From Oligoflexia bacterium (GTDB lineage Bacteria; Bdellovibrionota; Bdellovibrionia; JABDDW01): a stretch of 64,000 nt of DNA. This document shows positions 1 through 9,786 of the stretch, one piece after another. Made by a program: the position numbers and the translations under genes. Position 1 is the stretch's first letter; each line of letters begins with the position of its first letter. The stretch spans positions 32,001 to 96,000 of the forward strand of contig JAYTHU010000062.1 of NCBI GenBank assembly GCA_043732305.1, given 5' to 3'. The notes under the pieces were generated by a model. The model saw only the letters and a program-made list of their open reading frames with translations, was not told where the DNA came from and ran no database searches.

Positions 1-155
1 ATATTCTTGGCGCCAGCGGAATTACCGATGAGTACCAATGTGGCCGTCACATGAGAAACCTTGAGAGCGTAAACACTTACGAGGGAACCGAAGACATTCA
101 TCGCCTAGTTTTGGGCGAGCATATCACCGGAATCCCCGCTTACAGAGTCAACTGA
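1..155 (+). CDS. 3' end of acyl-CoA dehydrogenase (glutaryl-CoA dehydrogenase-like), partial
   Basis: Manual translation from base 3: [50 protein letters not shown]; the TYEGTxDIH motif is typical of glutaryl-CoA DH C-termini. Confidence 0.8.
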   Translation, partial: ILGASGITDEYQCGRHMRNLESVNTYEGTEDIHRLVLGEHITGIPAYRVN

Positions 156-159
156 CAGT

Positions 160-354
160 TCAGACTTTTTTAACGTTAGTTGCTTTTTTGCCTTTAGGAG
201 CGTCCCCGACTTCATACTCGACGCGATCGCCTTCTTTGGGCTCTTCTCCGCCTGGCAAATCTGACGAGTGAAGAAAAATATCTTCTCCGTCATCACCAGT
301 GATAAAGCCGAAATGCTTCTTAGAATTGTACCACTTGATCTTACCCGTCTTCAT
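160..354 (-). CDS. Cold-shock domain protein
   Basis: GKIKWYN..KHFGFI (RNP1) and DIFLHSS (RNP2); GAGGAG SD upstream. Confidence 0.95.
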   Translation of the reverse strand: MKTGKIKWYNSKKHFGFITGDDGEDIFLHSSDLPGGEEPKEGDRVEYEVGDAPKGKKATNVKKV

Positions 355-392
355 TCTGCTGTCTCCTCAAAGTTACAAAGGGTGTTTATTCA

Positions 393-420
393 ATTTTAAT
401 TCAATTGAATCCTGCGTCAA
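393..420 (-). promoter_or_regulatory. Putative sigma-70 promoter of csp gene
   Basis: TTGACG-N16-TAAAAT on minus strand. Confidence 0.45.
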
Positions 421-456
421 GGTGAGACGCAGTCAGACAGCAAATCTGGTCCAAGG

Positions 457-3108
457 TCAGTAGGTGAAACCCATTCCACCTTTTTTGTTTATAGACTTTT
501 CATTGAGTGCGCTAAACGAAACCTTCTCTAAAGTCAGCTTGCAGCTAGACCCTAAGGCGTTTGAGTTTGCAGATCCAGTCATGGTTTGCTTTTGAACGGC
601 GGCATCGATGGCCTGTTCCACTTGGGTGATCCCTTGCCGAAAGCCAGATCGTGGATCAAAATATTCATCAGCGATTGCCGTAAGAAATTTATCTTCATTT
701 TTTACGGTATAGTTTATGCCCGTTTGTCTTTTTTGCTCAGCTAACTTTTCCAGATACTTAGATTTAACGACTGCTAAAAACTCTTCTTTGGTTTGTGGAG
801 GAGTGAATACCAGAACGAATTTCATTCGATTGATGAAATATTCAGACAGAGGGTTTCGATCATTCAGCATCGCTTGTTTTAATTCTTCGCCCACTATATT
901 TGGATTTGCGACAACGGCATCTGCCCCTGCATTAGTAGCAAAAAACATTGTGGATTTTGTGGTCATCATTTCAACCACAGACTTGGCTCGTCCACTCAAA
1001 CCATCAATACTTTTACTCACGGCAATTGTTCCGGCATCTGTGACCGCTAGTAAAATATCTTGGATGTATTGAGGAGCTTTTTCGACTTCGTCAAACAGAA
1101 ACACTGTGAAAATACTTTTTTCTAACTCACGACCGATGTCTATTAGAAATTCTTCAGAAGTCCTTCCGGCGTAATGACTCAAAATGATTCTCTTGTAATT
1201 GAACCCCATGCTTTTAGCATAAACCATTGGAACAAAAGTTTTACCAACGCCCGCAGGACCTACGAGTAGTGCAAGACCCTGAGGAGTTTTACTCCCCGTG
1301 GTTTGATTGCTCGCCATCCTCTGCGCTGTGAAATCCAAAACAGCTTTAGCTTTTGGCAAACCAATCACAGCCTTGTTCATCTCCTTTTGATATTTGGCGT
1401 AGAGTTCTTTTCGTCCTTCAAAATCGAAAACACCTGGGTCAATGTTGTAGAGTTTGGCGGCAAATTTATCTAAATAATTGACGGTCACATTTGCAGGTGC
1501 CAGTCCGGGAATTTTGCTTTGAATTTTCAGGTGAGCATAAAAGCGATCTTGAAGTCTCACGGCTTTGTTCAAAGGCGATGCAATCGCATCAAACTCACGC
1601 GATAAGAAAGCAATACGGTCACGGATATTTTCTGGAAGAATTTCTTTCTTCTTAGTTTTTGCCCAATCAGCGAGTGCTTGTGTGATCATATCGTCAGGAA
1701 ACGCTGGTTTATTCACCAGAGTGAATCTCCTCATGAGACCATCATCACCGCCAAAAGCATTTTGAAATTTAGCGGGCTTGGACATAGCTATGATTCTAAG
1801 TGATCCATCTCCCAAGTAACTTTCGATTTTATTTATAATGTCCGATTCATTTCCAGTCGCACCACCGCCCCGCAATGTGTCTATTTCGTCGATAATTAAA
1901 ATGACGTCACGATTTCGAGCATAATCCATGAGCGCTTTCATTCGCGCTTCAGCTTGGCCGCGGAGAGAAGTTCCAGCTTCGATATCATCAACATGAATCT
2001 CTACAAACTTCGTCCAAACAGGAATTTCTGGAAATTTTCCCTCAGTCACGGCTTTCACAAAACTGCGAACAGTTTCAGATTTACCAGATCCAGCATCTCC
2101 AAGAATAACAACGTTCCGAGACTCTTCGGATTCTAATCCTTCGCGGATGCGATCACTCATATCTTCATCGAGTGCAAAAGTTTCTTTGCCCGCGCCAAGA
2201 TTTTCTTTGGTGTAATCTTTGAACACTCTAAAAATCATATCATTGAGATTTTCCTTGGCCCCATTTTCATTTGTGGCAGTGACATCGTTACTTGGCAAAT
2301 TAGGAGTTTTTCCGTTGAAAACGATTTTGTGTTCTAAAAGTGTAACTTGATAATTGTTTCCACCTTTTGCTTTATTAATCTCATAAGGATAAATTGAAAT
2401 CTTCTTGCTGGCAAACTCAACACCCTTAGAATCCAAGAAAGTAGCGCGGTCATCCGTCATTCCAACAGTCGCTTTTTTAGAAGCTTCAATCACCGCAAGA
2501 TCTTGGATCTCACCTTTTCTGTTTACAGCGAAATAGTGGGACGAAGGGCCGTTAGGACCTTGGCCAATAATCTTAAGAATACCAAGACCGGGTTCGGACG
2601 CTTGATAATACCAATGATGACTCACCCTGAATTCACCGATTTTGTGGCGGGCAATTTCAAATCCTGATGTACCAACGAGGGTAGAAAAATCGAGTGCCGT
2701 TTTCTCGCCATTTTGATTGATAACAAACAATCGGCCATCTACTTCCATAATAGTAAATTCAGAAATAAATTTTGAGTTAAACGTGACGGTATAATAATGG
2801 GAGCGAGATTGAGCATCGGCCCAGTTCATAATGTTATAGGGTGTGCGAGCCGGGTTCACATTGTCGTAAAATCTTTCAATATCGGCGCTAGAGAAAACGT
2901 TCTGCATTTTTTTGCCGTCAGCATCATAAATTTCGACTGTTCTGGATTTTGGAATGATTTTTAGGGTGTTACCATTAGTAAAACCAAAAATGAACTTTTC
3001 CTGCTGGCCATGGTTGACTGCAGTTGCAGATTCTGCAACTGCAGCGCTGCCCGAAACTAAAACTAAAACTGAAATTGATAAAAGAATTCCCCTGAATAAT
3101 TTAAACAT
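457..3108 (-). CDS. Signal-peptide-bearing ClpA/ClpB-like double AAA+ ATPase with unknown N-terminal domain
   Basis: Sec-type N-terminus MFKLFRGILLSISVLVLVSGSAAVA; D1 GDAGSGKS / ILIIDEID / LMRRF; D2 GPAGVGKT / FLFDEVEKA / ATNAG / FINRM; GAGGGGG SD. Confidence 0.85.
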   Translation of the reverse strand: MFKLFRGILLSISVLVLVSGSAAVAESATAVNHGQQEKFIFGFTNGNTLKIIPKSRTVEIYDADGKKMQNVFSSADIERFYDNVNPARTPYNIMNWADAQSRSHYYTVTFNSKFISEFTIMEVDGRLFVINQNGEKTALDFSTLVGTSGFEIARHKIGEFRVSHHWYYQASEPGLGILKIIGQGPNGPSSHYFAVNRKGEIQDLAVIEASKKATVGMTDDRATFLDSKGVEFASKKISIYPYEINKAKGGNNYQVTLLEHKIVFNGKTPNLPSNDVTATNENGAKENLNDMIFRVFKDYTKENLGAGKETFALDEDMSDRIREGLESEESRNVVILGDAGSGKSETVRSFVKAVTEGKFPEIPVWTKFVEIHVDDIEAGTSLRGQAEARMKALMDYARNRDVILIIDEIDTLRGGGATGNESDIINKIESYLGDGSLRIIAMSKPAKFQNAFGGDDGLMRRFTLVNKPAFPDDMITQALADWAKTKKKEILPENIRDRIAFLSREFDAIASPLNKAVRLQDRFYAHLKIQSKIPGLAPANVTVNYLDKFAAKLYNIDPGVFDFEGRKELYAKYQKEMNKAVIGLPKAKAVLDFTAQRMASNQTTGSKTPQGLALLVGPAGVGKTFVPMVYAKSMGFNYKRIILSHYAGRTSEEFLIDIGRELEKSIFTVFLFDEVEKAPQYIQDILLAVTDAGTIAVSKSIDGLSGRAKSVVEMMTTKSTMFFATNAGADAVVANPNIVGEELKQAMLNDRNPLSEYFINRMKFVLVFTPPQTKEEFLAVVKSKYLEKLAEQKRQTGINYTVKNEDKFLTAIADEYFDPRSGFRQGITQVEQAIDAAVQKQTMTGSANSNALGSSCKLTLEKVSFSALNEKSINKKGGMGFTY

Positions 3109-3150
3109 TTGACCCCCTCGAATGTTTTCCCCAATTTGAAAAGTATATAT

Positions 3151-3166
3151 TGCAATCCGCGGTCCA
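3151..3166 (-). promoter_or_regulatory. Sigma-54 (-24/-12) promoter of the AAA+ gene
   Basis: Minus strand TGGACCGCGGATTGCA = GG-N10-GC, about 40 nt upstream of ATG. Confidence 0.6.
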
Positions 3167-3369
3167 GGAAGAGGCCTCAGTGATACTTGAAGTTCATGGA
3201 CAGTTCTTAGTAATTACTTCAAGAAATACTAAAGTATTCACATTGCTTAAATAGTCTGACAAGCCGGCTTGGCAGATTTTTAGGGACATTTTAGGGCACC
3301 GTTACAGAGTAAAAAAACCTTGTTACATGAGATTTAAGCACCCAAAAGCTCGTTGCTCCAAGGCAAGAC

Positions 3370-3385
3370 GGGCATAGGCCTTGCG
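3370..3385 (+). promoter_or_regulatory. Sigma-54 promoter of 3422 gene
   Basis: GGGCATAGGCCTTGCG = GG-N10-GC. Confidence 0.6.
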
Positions 3386-3421
3386 ATAGTATTCACTTGA
3401 AACGTTACGGAGGTAACTCAA

Positions 3422-3670
3422 GTGGAACGATTATATAGGTATTTGCTTTTGGCTCTTTTTATCGTTGGTTTTGTCGGCGCAGTGTCAGGAATCGAATATT
3501 CGGGCCCTGCCGCAGTCGCCACGGTTGATTCTTCAGTCTCCCTAATCAAGGACGTGAGGCTCGCTCAAGAGATCAATAACCTCAATGAAGGACGTCTAAT
3601 GATCGAAGGTCAAGAAGACATGAACGAAAAGACTTTGACTCGCGTGGAACAGGTTTTCAGTCAGAAATAA
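3422..3670 (+). CDS. Small secreted/membrane-anchored hypothetical protein
   Basis: GGAGG SD before GTG; N-terminal hydrophobic helix. Confidence 0.65.
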   Translation: MERLYRYLLLALFIVGFVGAVSGIEYSGPAAVATVDSSVSLIKDVRLAQEINNLNEGRLMIEGQEDMNEKTLTRVEQVFSQK

Positions 3671-3712
3671 AATTCTCTTGCCCCTACTGTCGAAAACAGC
3701 GAAAAGTAGAGA

Positions 3713-6433
3713 ATGGAAAATTCAGAAACACCCCCCGCGGCGCCTACTATTGAAAAGGGTTATATCCCCACTCTTGTCGAACCAAAATGGTACGCTTTTT
3801 GGTTAGCGAAAAATTATTTCAAACCCGATGAAAATTCGACGGCTCCAACTTTTAGCGTCGTCATTCCTCCTCCAAACGTGACCGGCGTACTTCACATGGG
3901 CCATGCGCTCAATTGCACCATCCAAGATATTTTAGTTCGATTCAAAAGAATGCAAGGATTTAACACTGTCTGGATTCCAGGAATGGATCATGCCGGAATC
4001 TCCACGCAAATTGTCGTTGAAAAAATGCTCGCTAAAGACGGCATCAAGCGTGAAGTTTTGGGACGAGAAAAATTTGTTGAAAAAATCTGGGAATGGAAAG
4101 AGAAATCCGGCGGAATGATTCTTGAACAACAAAAGCGCCTAGGGATCAGTGTTGACTGGTCGCGATTGAAATTTACTTTAGATGAAGACATGTCTATGGC
4201 CGTCAAAAAAGTTTTTGTCGATTTGCACAAAGAAAAATTAATTTATCGTGGCAACAGACTTATCAACTGGTGCCCTCGGTGCGGTACCGCCGTGTCTGAC
4301 TTGGAAGTGAAACATCACGAAACCAAGGGAACCCTTTGGCATATCAAATATTTATTAGAAGATGGCACCGGCGAAGTTTTTGTCGCAACCACTCGTCCAG
4401 AAACTCTGCTAGGTGACACTGCGGTTGCCGTGAATCCCAAAGATGCTCGTTATAAAAATATTGTCGGCAAAAAAGTCAAACTTCCTCTGACCTCAAGAAC
4501 TATTCCTGTTATTGCCGACGACATGGTCGCACAAGAATTTGGAAGCGGAGTTGTGAAAATCACCCCCGCTCATGATTTCAACGATTATGAAACCGCACAA
4601 CGCAACGGTTTACCGATGATTGGAATTCTAGATAAAAAAGCAGTGCTAAATGAATATGCAGGAGCTTACAAGGGCCTCAAAGTTCACGACGCGCGTAAAA
4701 AAGTTTTGGAAGATCTAGTTACCGAAGGCTTATTGTTAAAAGAAGAATCGCATCTCATGTCTGTTGGGAAATGTGATCGTTGCGAAACCGTGATCGAACC
4801 CATGTTGTCGGACCAATGGTTTGTAAAAATCAAACCCCTTGCTGAACCAGCAATTAAAGTTGTCGAAAATAAAGATCTTAAATTCTATCCAGAAAACTGG
4901 TCCAAAACATATTTGGATTGGCTTTATAATATTAAGGATTGGTGCATTTCCCGTCAGCTCTGGTGGGGGCACCGCATTCCCGCTTGGTACTGTGATGATT
5001 GCAAACACATCACCGTCACAATGGACATTCCTCATAAATGTGAAAAGTGTGCAAGTGGAAAAATTCATCAAGATGAAGATGTTCTAGACACGTGGTTCAG
5101 TTCTTGGCTTTGGCCAATGAGCACCATGGGATGGCCTGATGAGACTCCGACACTTAAGAAATTTTATCCAACTTCTGTTCTAGTGACCGGATTTGATATT
5201 ATCTTCTTCTGGGTGGCCCGAATGGTCATGAGCGGACTACATTTTAAAAAGCAAATTCCATTTAAGGACGTTTATATCCATGCTCTGATTCGCGATGAAC
5301 GTGGGCAGAAAATGTCCAAGAGCAAAGGCAACGTTGTGGATCCATTAGACCTGGTCAATGATTATGGCACGGATGCTTTGAGATTCACGCTTGCTTCCAT
5401 GGTAGGAGCTGGACGAGATATCAAATTCAGTGAAGATCGATTAGATGGTTATCGCCATTTCATAAATAAAATTTGGAACGCGACAAGATTTTCACAAGGG
5501 GCTTTAGCCGAAGTAAAAATCGCAGAAAATATTGACGCCACCAAAATCACCTTATCTGACAAATTTATTATTTATGAATTGAAAAAGACTGTGGAAGAAG
5601 TCACAAAATCGCTTGAAGAATATCGTTTTACTGATGCGGCAACGAGTTTATATAAGTTCACTTGGAATGAATTCTGTGACTGGTACCTGGAATTTTCAAA
5701 ACCAACCTTGTATGGAACTGATCTTGAACAGAAGTCTCAATCGGGAGCTGTTCTTTATAAAGTATTAGACACTTTGATGAAGCTCTTGCATCCGTTCATT
5801 CCTTTTGTAACTGAAGAGATTTATCACTTATTGCCAAAACATGGCGAGAGTCTATGCGTTGAAAAATATCCGACAGTGGATGATCCATTCTTTATGTTGG
5901 CCTCGAGCGAAGCAGCGAGGGAAGTCGAAGCGGTGAAACTAGTTGTCTCCGCAGTGAGAAATATTCGTGGAGAGAACCGCATCAGTCCGGCAATTAAAAT
6001 TAAATTTTCCGTGGCCCTTGACGAAAAAAGTCCAACTTTTGCCGACTCAAAAAATGACAGTTTAAAAAACTTGAACATTCTGCGAGCAAACGACTCTTTT
6101 ATTCGTTCGCTAGGACGTGCTGAAGAAGTCACTTATTTTGAAACGATGCCTGAGACAAAAAAATCGGCCATCACACTGATCACGATGGGCTCTGCCCGCC
6201 TGCATGTAATTGTGCCTTTGGAGGGCTTGGTTGATTTCAATGAGGAGATCAAACGCTTAAATAAAGACTTGGAACGAGTAGCCAAAGATTATGAAATGGC
6301 CGAAAAGAAACTTTCCACTGAAACATTCATCAAGAACGCGCCCAAAGAGATAGTTGAACAAGAGAAGCTTCGTATCGTGCAACTTCAGGACAAGAAAAAG
6401 CAATTGTTGGAGAGCTTGGCTCTGCTGAAATGA
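3713..6433 (+). CDS. valS: Valyl-tRNA synthetase
   Basis: PPPNVTGVLHMGH, DWCISRQLWWGHRIP, KMSKS, C-terminal coiled coil. Confidence 0.99.
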   Translation: MENSETPPAAPTIEKGYIPTLVEPKWYAFWLAKNYFKPDENSTAPTFSVVIPPPNVTGVLHMGHALNCTIQDILVRFKRMQGFNTVWIPGMDHAGISTQIVVEKMLAKDGIKREVLGREKFVEKIWEWKEKSGGMILEQQKRLGISVDWSRLKFTLDEDMSMAVKKVFVDLHKEKLIYRGNRLINWCPRCGTAVSDLEVKHHETKGTLWHIKYLLEDGTGEVFVATTRPETLLGDTAVAVNPKDARYKNIVGKKVKLPLTSRTIPVIADDMVAQEFGSGVVKITPAHDFNDYETAQRNGLPMIGILDKKAVLNEYAGAYKGLKVHDARKKVLEDLVTEGLLLKEESHLMSVGKCDRCETVIEPMLSDQWFVKIKPLAEPAIKVVENKDLKFYPENWSKTYLDWLYNIKDWCISRQLWWGHRIPAWYCDDCKHITVTMDIPHKCEKCASGKIHQDEDVLDTWFSSWLWPMSTMGWPDETPTLKKFYPTSVLVTGFDIIFFWVARMVMSGLHFKKQIPFKDVYIHALIRDERGQKMSKSKGNVVDPLDLVNDYGTDALRFTLASMVGAGRDIKFSEDRLDGYRHFINKIWNATRFSQGALAEVKIAENIDATKITLSDKFIIYELKKTVEEVTKSLEEYRFTDAATSLYKFTWNEFCDWYLEFSKPTLYGTDLEQKSQSGAVLYKVLDTLMKLLHPFIPFVTEEIYHLLPKHGESLCVEKYPTVDDPFFMLASSEAAREVEAVKLVVSAVRNIRGENRISPAIKIKFSVALDEKSPTFADSKNDSLKNLNILRANDSFIRSLGRAEEVTYFETMPETKKSAITLITMGSARLHVIVPLEGLVDFNEEIKRLNKDLERVAKDYEMAEKKLSTETFIKNAPKEIVEQEKLRIVQLQDKKKQLLESLALLK

Positions 6434-6906
6434 GGACTAAGCTTTTAATCCCGTTATTTTTATTTCTGGTCTGTTTTATTTCTTCCGTGGAGGCTCCGGC
6501 GGGAAAAGCAAAATTGAAAGTTTACTACGCCCATCCCCTAAGTCTTTACGACACCACTCTAGAAAAGAGCGACATAGACACGTTGACTGCACTTGGATTT
6601 AAAGTGATTAATCCAAATGACCCCTCTATTGAGAGGAAGTTTCAGAAGTCACAAAACTTCGGGATTTTTCTGGATCTTGTTCGGTCGTCGGATGCGATCG
6701 CGTTTCGATCCTTCGCAGGTGGCGAGATAAGTAGCGGCGTTGTTTCAGAAATTAGAATCGCCAGTGAATTAAATTTACCTGTCATCGAATTACCGACGAT
6801 GATTTCTGAGAGAGCTTTGACTCAAGAACAAACGATAAAATTACTAGATGATTCAGGCACCACCAGACATTGCGCCGAGGTCTTGAGTACAAAATTCCCT
6901 CTGTAA
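6430..6906 (+). CDS. Secreted nucleoside 2-deoxyribosyltransferase-like (NDT-fold) protein
   Basis: Signal peptide ending VEA; KVYYAHP...GFKVINP...VRSSDAIAF...SSGVVSEIRIA..LNLPV matches the NDT/Rcl flavodoxin-like pattern with a Glu at the catalytic position; ATGA overlap with valS. Confidence 0.6.
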   Translation: MRTKLLIPLFLFLVCFISSVEAPAGKAKLKVYYAHPLSLYDTTLEKSDIDTLTALGFKVINPNDPSIERKFQKSQNFGIFLDLVRSSDAIAFRSFAGGEISSGVVSEIRIASELNLPVIELPTMISERALTQEQTIKLLDDSGTTRHCAEVLSTKFPL

Positions 6907-6958
6907 TTCTTGGACACGCCGTTTTTTATGACGCCGCGGCAGTTTGTGAGCACGATGT

Positions 6959-9691
6959 TTAGTACAGCTCTTGTGGGTACTTAAGCAAAGGCATCTTAAA
7001 GTTTGCTTTGCTTGGATTGGTGAGCACGCAATAATAATCGTTGTAAACCAGACATTGTGCAAAGTCGTAAACGGCGGATTTGACTTTGATGGGCAATTTC
7101 TTTCTATCTAGCACCAAAAATGTTTTATCCATTTCCAGGGTGTCCAGCTGATAAGGCCATAAAGGTTTCAAATCAATCGATCCGTAAAATTTAAACGTTT
7201 GAAATATCGACATGTCATTTACGTAGCGGCCTAAAAATACCACATCTTTACTTTTGATATTTTGATCAAGCTTTATGATATTCACCAAGTTGAGTAGGTC
7301 TTTACTGCGTGTTCCAGCTGTTTTGATTGGTAAAGCCACAAATAGACAAAGAAATAATAAGGAAAGTCTCTGCGTGATTTTGGCCAAAGGAATTTTATAG
7401 CTTGTTACCAAGAGATACAGCGGATATGCCGCAATGAGTGAAAAGAATGGATAAAACGGCAAAAGGTAATGCGGGTATTTAATTATGAAGAAAGACAATG
7501 GAACAATAATACTTGCGGAGACAAACGCACAGAGTTTTATGATCTGTAGTCCATTTTCAGAGATACCACGGAAATTTGTGCGCGCCAGAATTATCGGTGT
7601 AAGCACAGCGGCCAAAACTGGAACTGAAGCCATTTGCAAAACCAAAACAAAATAAGCCAAATAGCGATACCAGTAAGTCGTGGTTAGATAGCTCGACTTC
7701 CACATCAAAAACATTGTGTACATATTTAAACCGTCAAACTGCAAAGCCGGAAGAAGCGGAACCATGAACAGTGTCATCATGGTGACTAGTGAATAATAAA
7801 AATGACGTTCCTTTAAAAAAGAATATTGCTTTTGTGTGAGTGCCCAAGAAAAAATCCCTAAAGGTAGACCGAAGATGATCGGCCCTTTCGTAAAAACTCC
7901 AAATGCAAAAAACATCGTTGCTAAGTAAAAAAGTTTTGGTTTTTTGAATGCGCGCAAGAAGCAATAGAATGAGGCGAGATAATACATGGTGAGGGGAACG
8001 TCGTGCATGAGAGCCCCATTCCATTTCGTAGCCCCAAAACATAGAATGTACATGACGATCGCAGCCAACCCGTAAACTTTGTCTTTGATCATTGTTCCGA
8101 TGCGAAAAACTAGAATGTAGGAAATAAAAGAGCAGATCATCGGATAGAGCCTAGCCGCAAAATCAGAAGGTCCCATTATTTTGAACACCCATGCGGTGAT
8201 CCAATAAGTCATCGGCATGTGATCGAAAATATCTTTAAAATAATATTTCGAAATCGTGAAATGAAAAAAATCACCCGTGAGGTAGATGTTTTTAGCAATC
8301 GCACTGTACCAAACAGTGTCGATATTTCCTCCCGGCTCCCATTTTTTAATAAAAACAACGGTGAAGGCAACAATGCAAACTGCTTTAAAATAGTCATCCG
8401 CAAAAAACAAAGACATTTTGCGCCAAGTATTTTTGATGAAGTCCCATTCCGGCGCGGCCAAATTATATTTATAACGAAGACCTGCCACGAGCGCGAGCCA
8501 GAAGATAAACTGGTGCATTACCTTCATGTCGCCAAAATTAAACTGCGTGAGACCGCCCACATGAAAAGCAACTTGCGCTCCCAGCGCAGCAAGGACCATG
8601 ACTTTGTCCCAAACCTGATCTTTGGGAATTCGTTGATAAAGTTGTAATGTCATAATCAAGAACAAAGCAATGAACGACATGTAACAGAAAAATCCCAAAA
8701 TGCCCGTCGTTGCTAACATTTGAATATAATTATTATGAGCATGCCCAATTAAAGCGTCACCGACGCCAGGCATGTTTTTATAGTATGAGGCCACGAGTTT
8801 TTCATTTTGCTGATAGCCCACGCCAATCCACGGATGATCGCGGAACATTTCCATATTGGCCTGCCAAAGCACTTTTCTCTCAGCGTTGCTACGATAGTTC
8901 TCGGAGAAAATAGACTTCGCACGTTCACTAAAAAACGGATCAATTTTGCAAAGAAGCAAACTACCTAAAACAAACAAAGACAAAATGACCATGACTAGTC
9001 GCTTGCTTACCAACAAAGCCATGATTGGAAGTGCAATCAATGCCGCAATCCAAACTCCGCGACCATATGTGAAAATTAAACTGACGCCAATGATAGCAGC
9101 GGAAGTGAGATAATAACTTTTTCGAAGCCAAGTGGCCCCACGGTCAAGCAACAAACCCGCCCATGGAATGCAGAGAATCATCACATAACTGTGACCGTAA
9201 GTGAGATGGTGATTAAACAGTCCGACGGTCGAATATCCGGTATGATCGCCCCAAGGCACGGGCATAAGTGCACGGTGATTATGCCTCCACAAATCTATTC
9301 CTGTGAAATGTTGCCAAATCCCATAAACCGCAATAACAGTGGCGCAGCCAAGAATGACTTCAATTAGTTTTTGTTTCTTGTCGAACAACTGAAGAATCAT
9401 GGGAAGAGAAAAAATCAGCAATAGATTGCGAATGCGCCCAAAAGAATAAAGGAGATCGCTGTCTTGATCATTTATTAGTAGGCCAATTAAAACAATAAGT
9501 GAAAAAACGAGACAAGTTATTTCAACACCGACCGGTTTCCATTTGATTGTGATTTTTTTATTTTTTGTTCCCCACAACCACCAAGCGCAGAAGCTAATCG
9601 ATGCACCCCAACCCGCAATTTCCATGGCGGCCATTGAGCATGTCAGAGCGATCACATAGAGGACAAAGAGGACTTTGATAAAGTTTTTCAT
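6959..9691 (-). CDS. Fusion of O-antigen ligase (Wzy_C) domain and ArnT/PMT-family (GT-C) glycosyltransferase
   Basis: N-half RGVWIA and HAHNNYIQMLATTGILG; C-half DTVWYSAIAKNI..FDHMPMTYW..AARL and TKGP; many TM helices. Confidence 0.8.
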   Translation of the reverse strand: MKNFIKVLFVLYVIALTCSMAAMEIAGWGASISFCAWWLWGTKNKKITIKWKPVGVEITCLVFSLIVLIGLLINDQDSDLLYSFGRIRNLLLIFSLPMILQLFDKKQKLIEVILGCATVIAVYGIWQHFTGIDLWRHNHRALMPVPWGDHTGYSTVGLFNHHLTYGHSYVMILCIPWAGLLLDRGATWLRKSYYLTSAAIIGVSLIFTYGRGVWIAALIALPIMALLVSKRLVMVILSLFVLGSLLLCKIDPFFSERAKSIFSENYRSNAERKVLWQANMEMFRDHPWIGVGYQQNEKLVASYYKNMPGVGDALIGHAHNNYIQMLATTGILGFFCYMSFIALFLIMTLQLYQRIPKDQVWDKVMVLAALGAQVAFHVGGLTQFNFGDMKVMHQFIFWLALVAGLRYKYNLAAPEWDFIKNTWRKMSLFFADDYFKAVCIVAFTVVFIKKWEPGGNIDTVWYSAIAKNIYLTGDFFHFTISKYYFKDIFDHMPMTYWITAWVFKIMGPSDFAARLYPMICSFISYILVFRIGTMIKDKVYGLAAIVMYILCFGATKWNGALMHDVPLTMYYLASFYCFLRAFKKPKLFYLATMFFAFGVFTKGPIIFGLPLGIFSWALTQKQYSFLKERHFYYSLVTMMTLFMVPLLPALQFDGLNMYTMFLMWKSSYLTTTYWYRYLAYFVLVLQMASVPVLAAVLTPIILARTNFRGISENGLQIIKLCAFVSASIIVPLSFFIIKYPHYLLPFYPFFSLIAAYPLYLLVTSYKIPLAKITQRLSLLFLCLFVALPIKTAGTRSKDLLNLVNIIKLDQNIKSKDVVFLGRYVNDMSIFQTFKFYGSIDLKPLWPYQLDTLEMDKTFLVLDRKKLPIKVKSAVYDFAQCLVYNDYYCVLTNPSKANFKMPLLKYPQELY

Positions 9692-9786
9692 CTAAGCCGT
9701 CGATCTTAGCACTAAAGTTCTTCCAAACAACAACTCAAAGAATTAAAAAGTAGCAGATTTGGCTTGCGCCACTTAGAATCGGCGCC

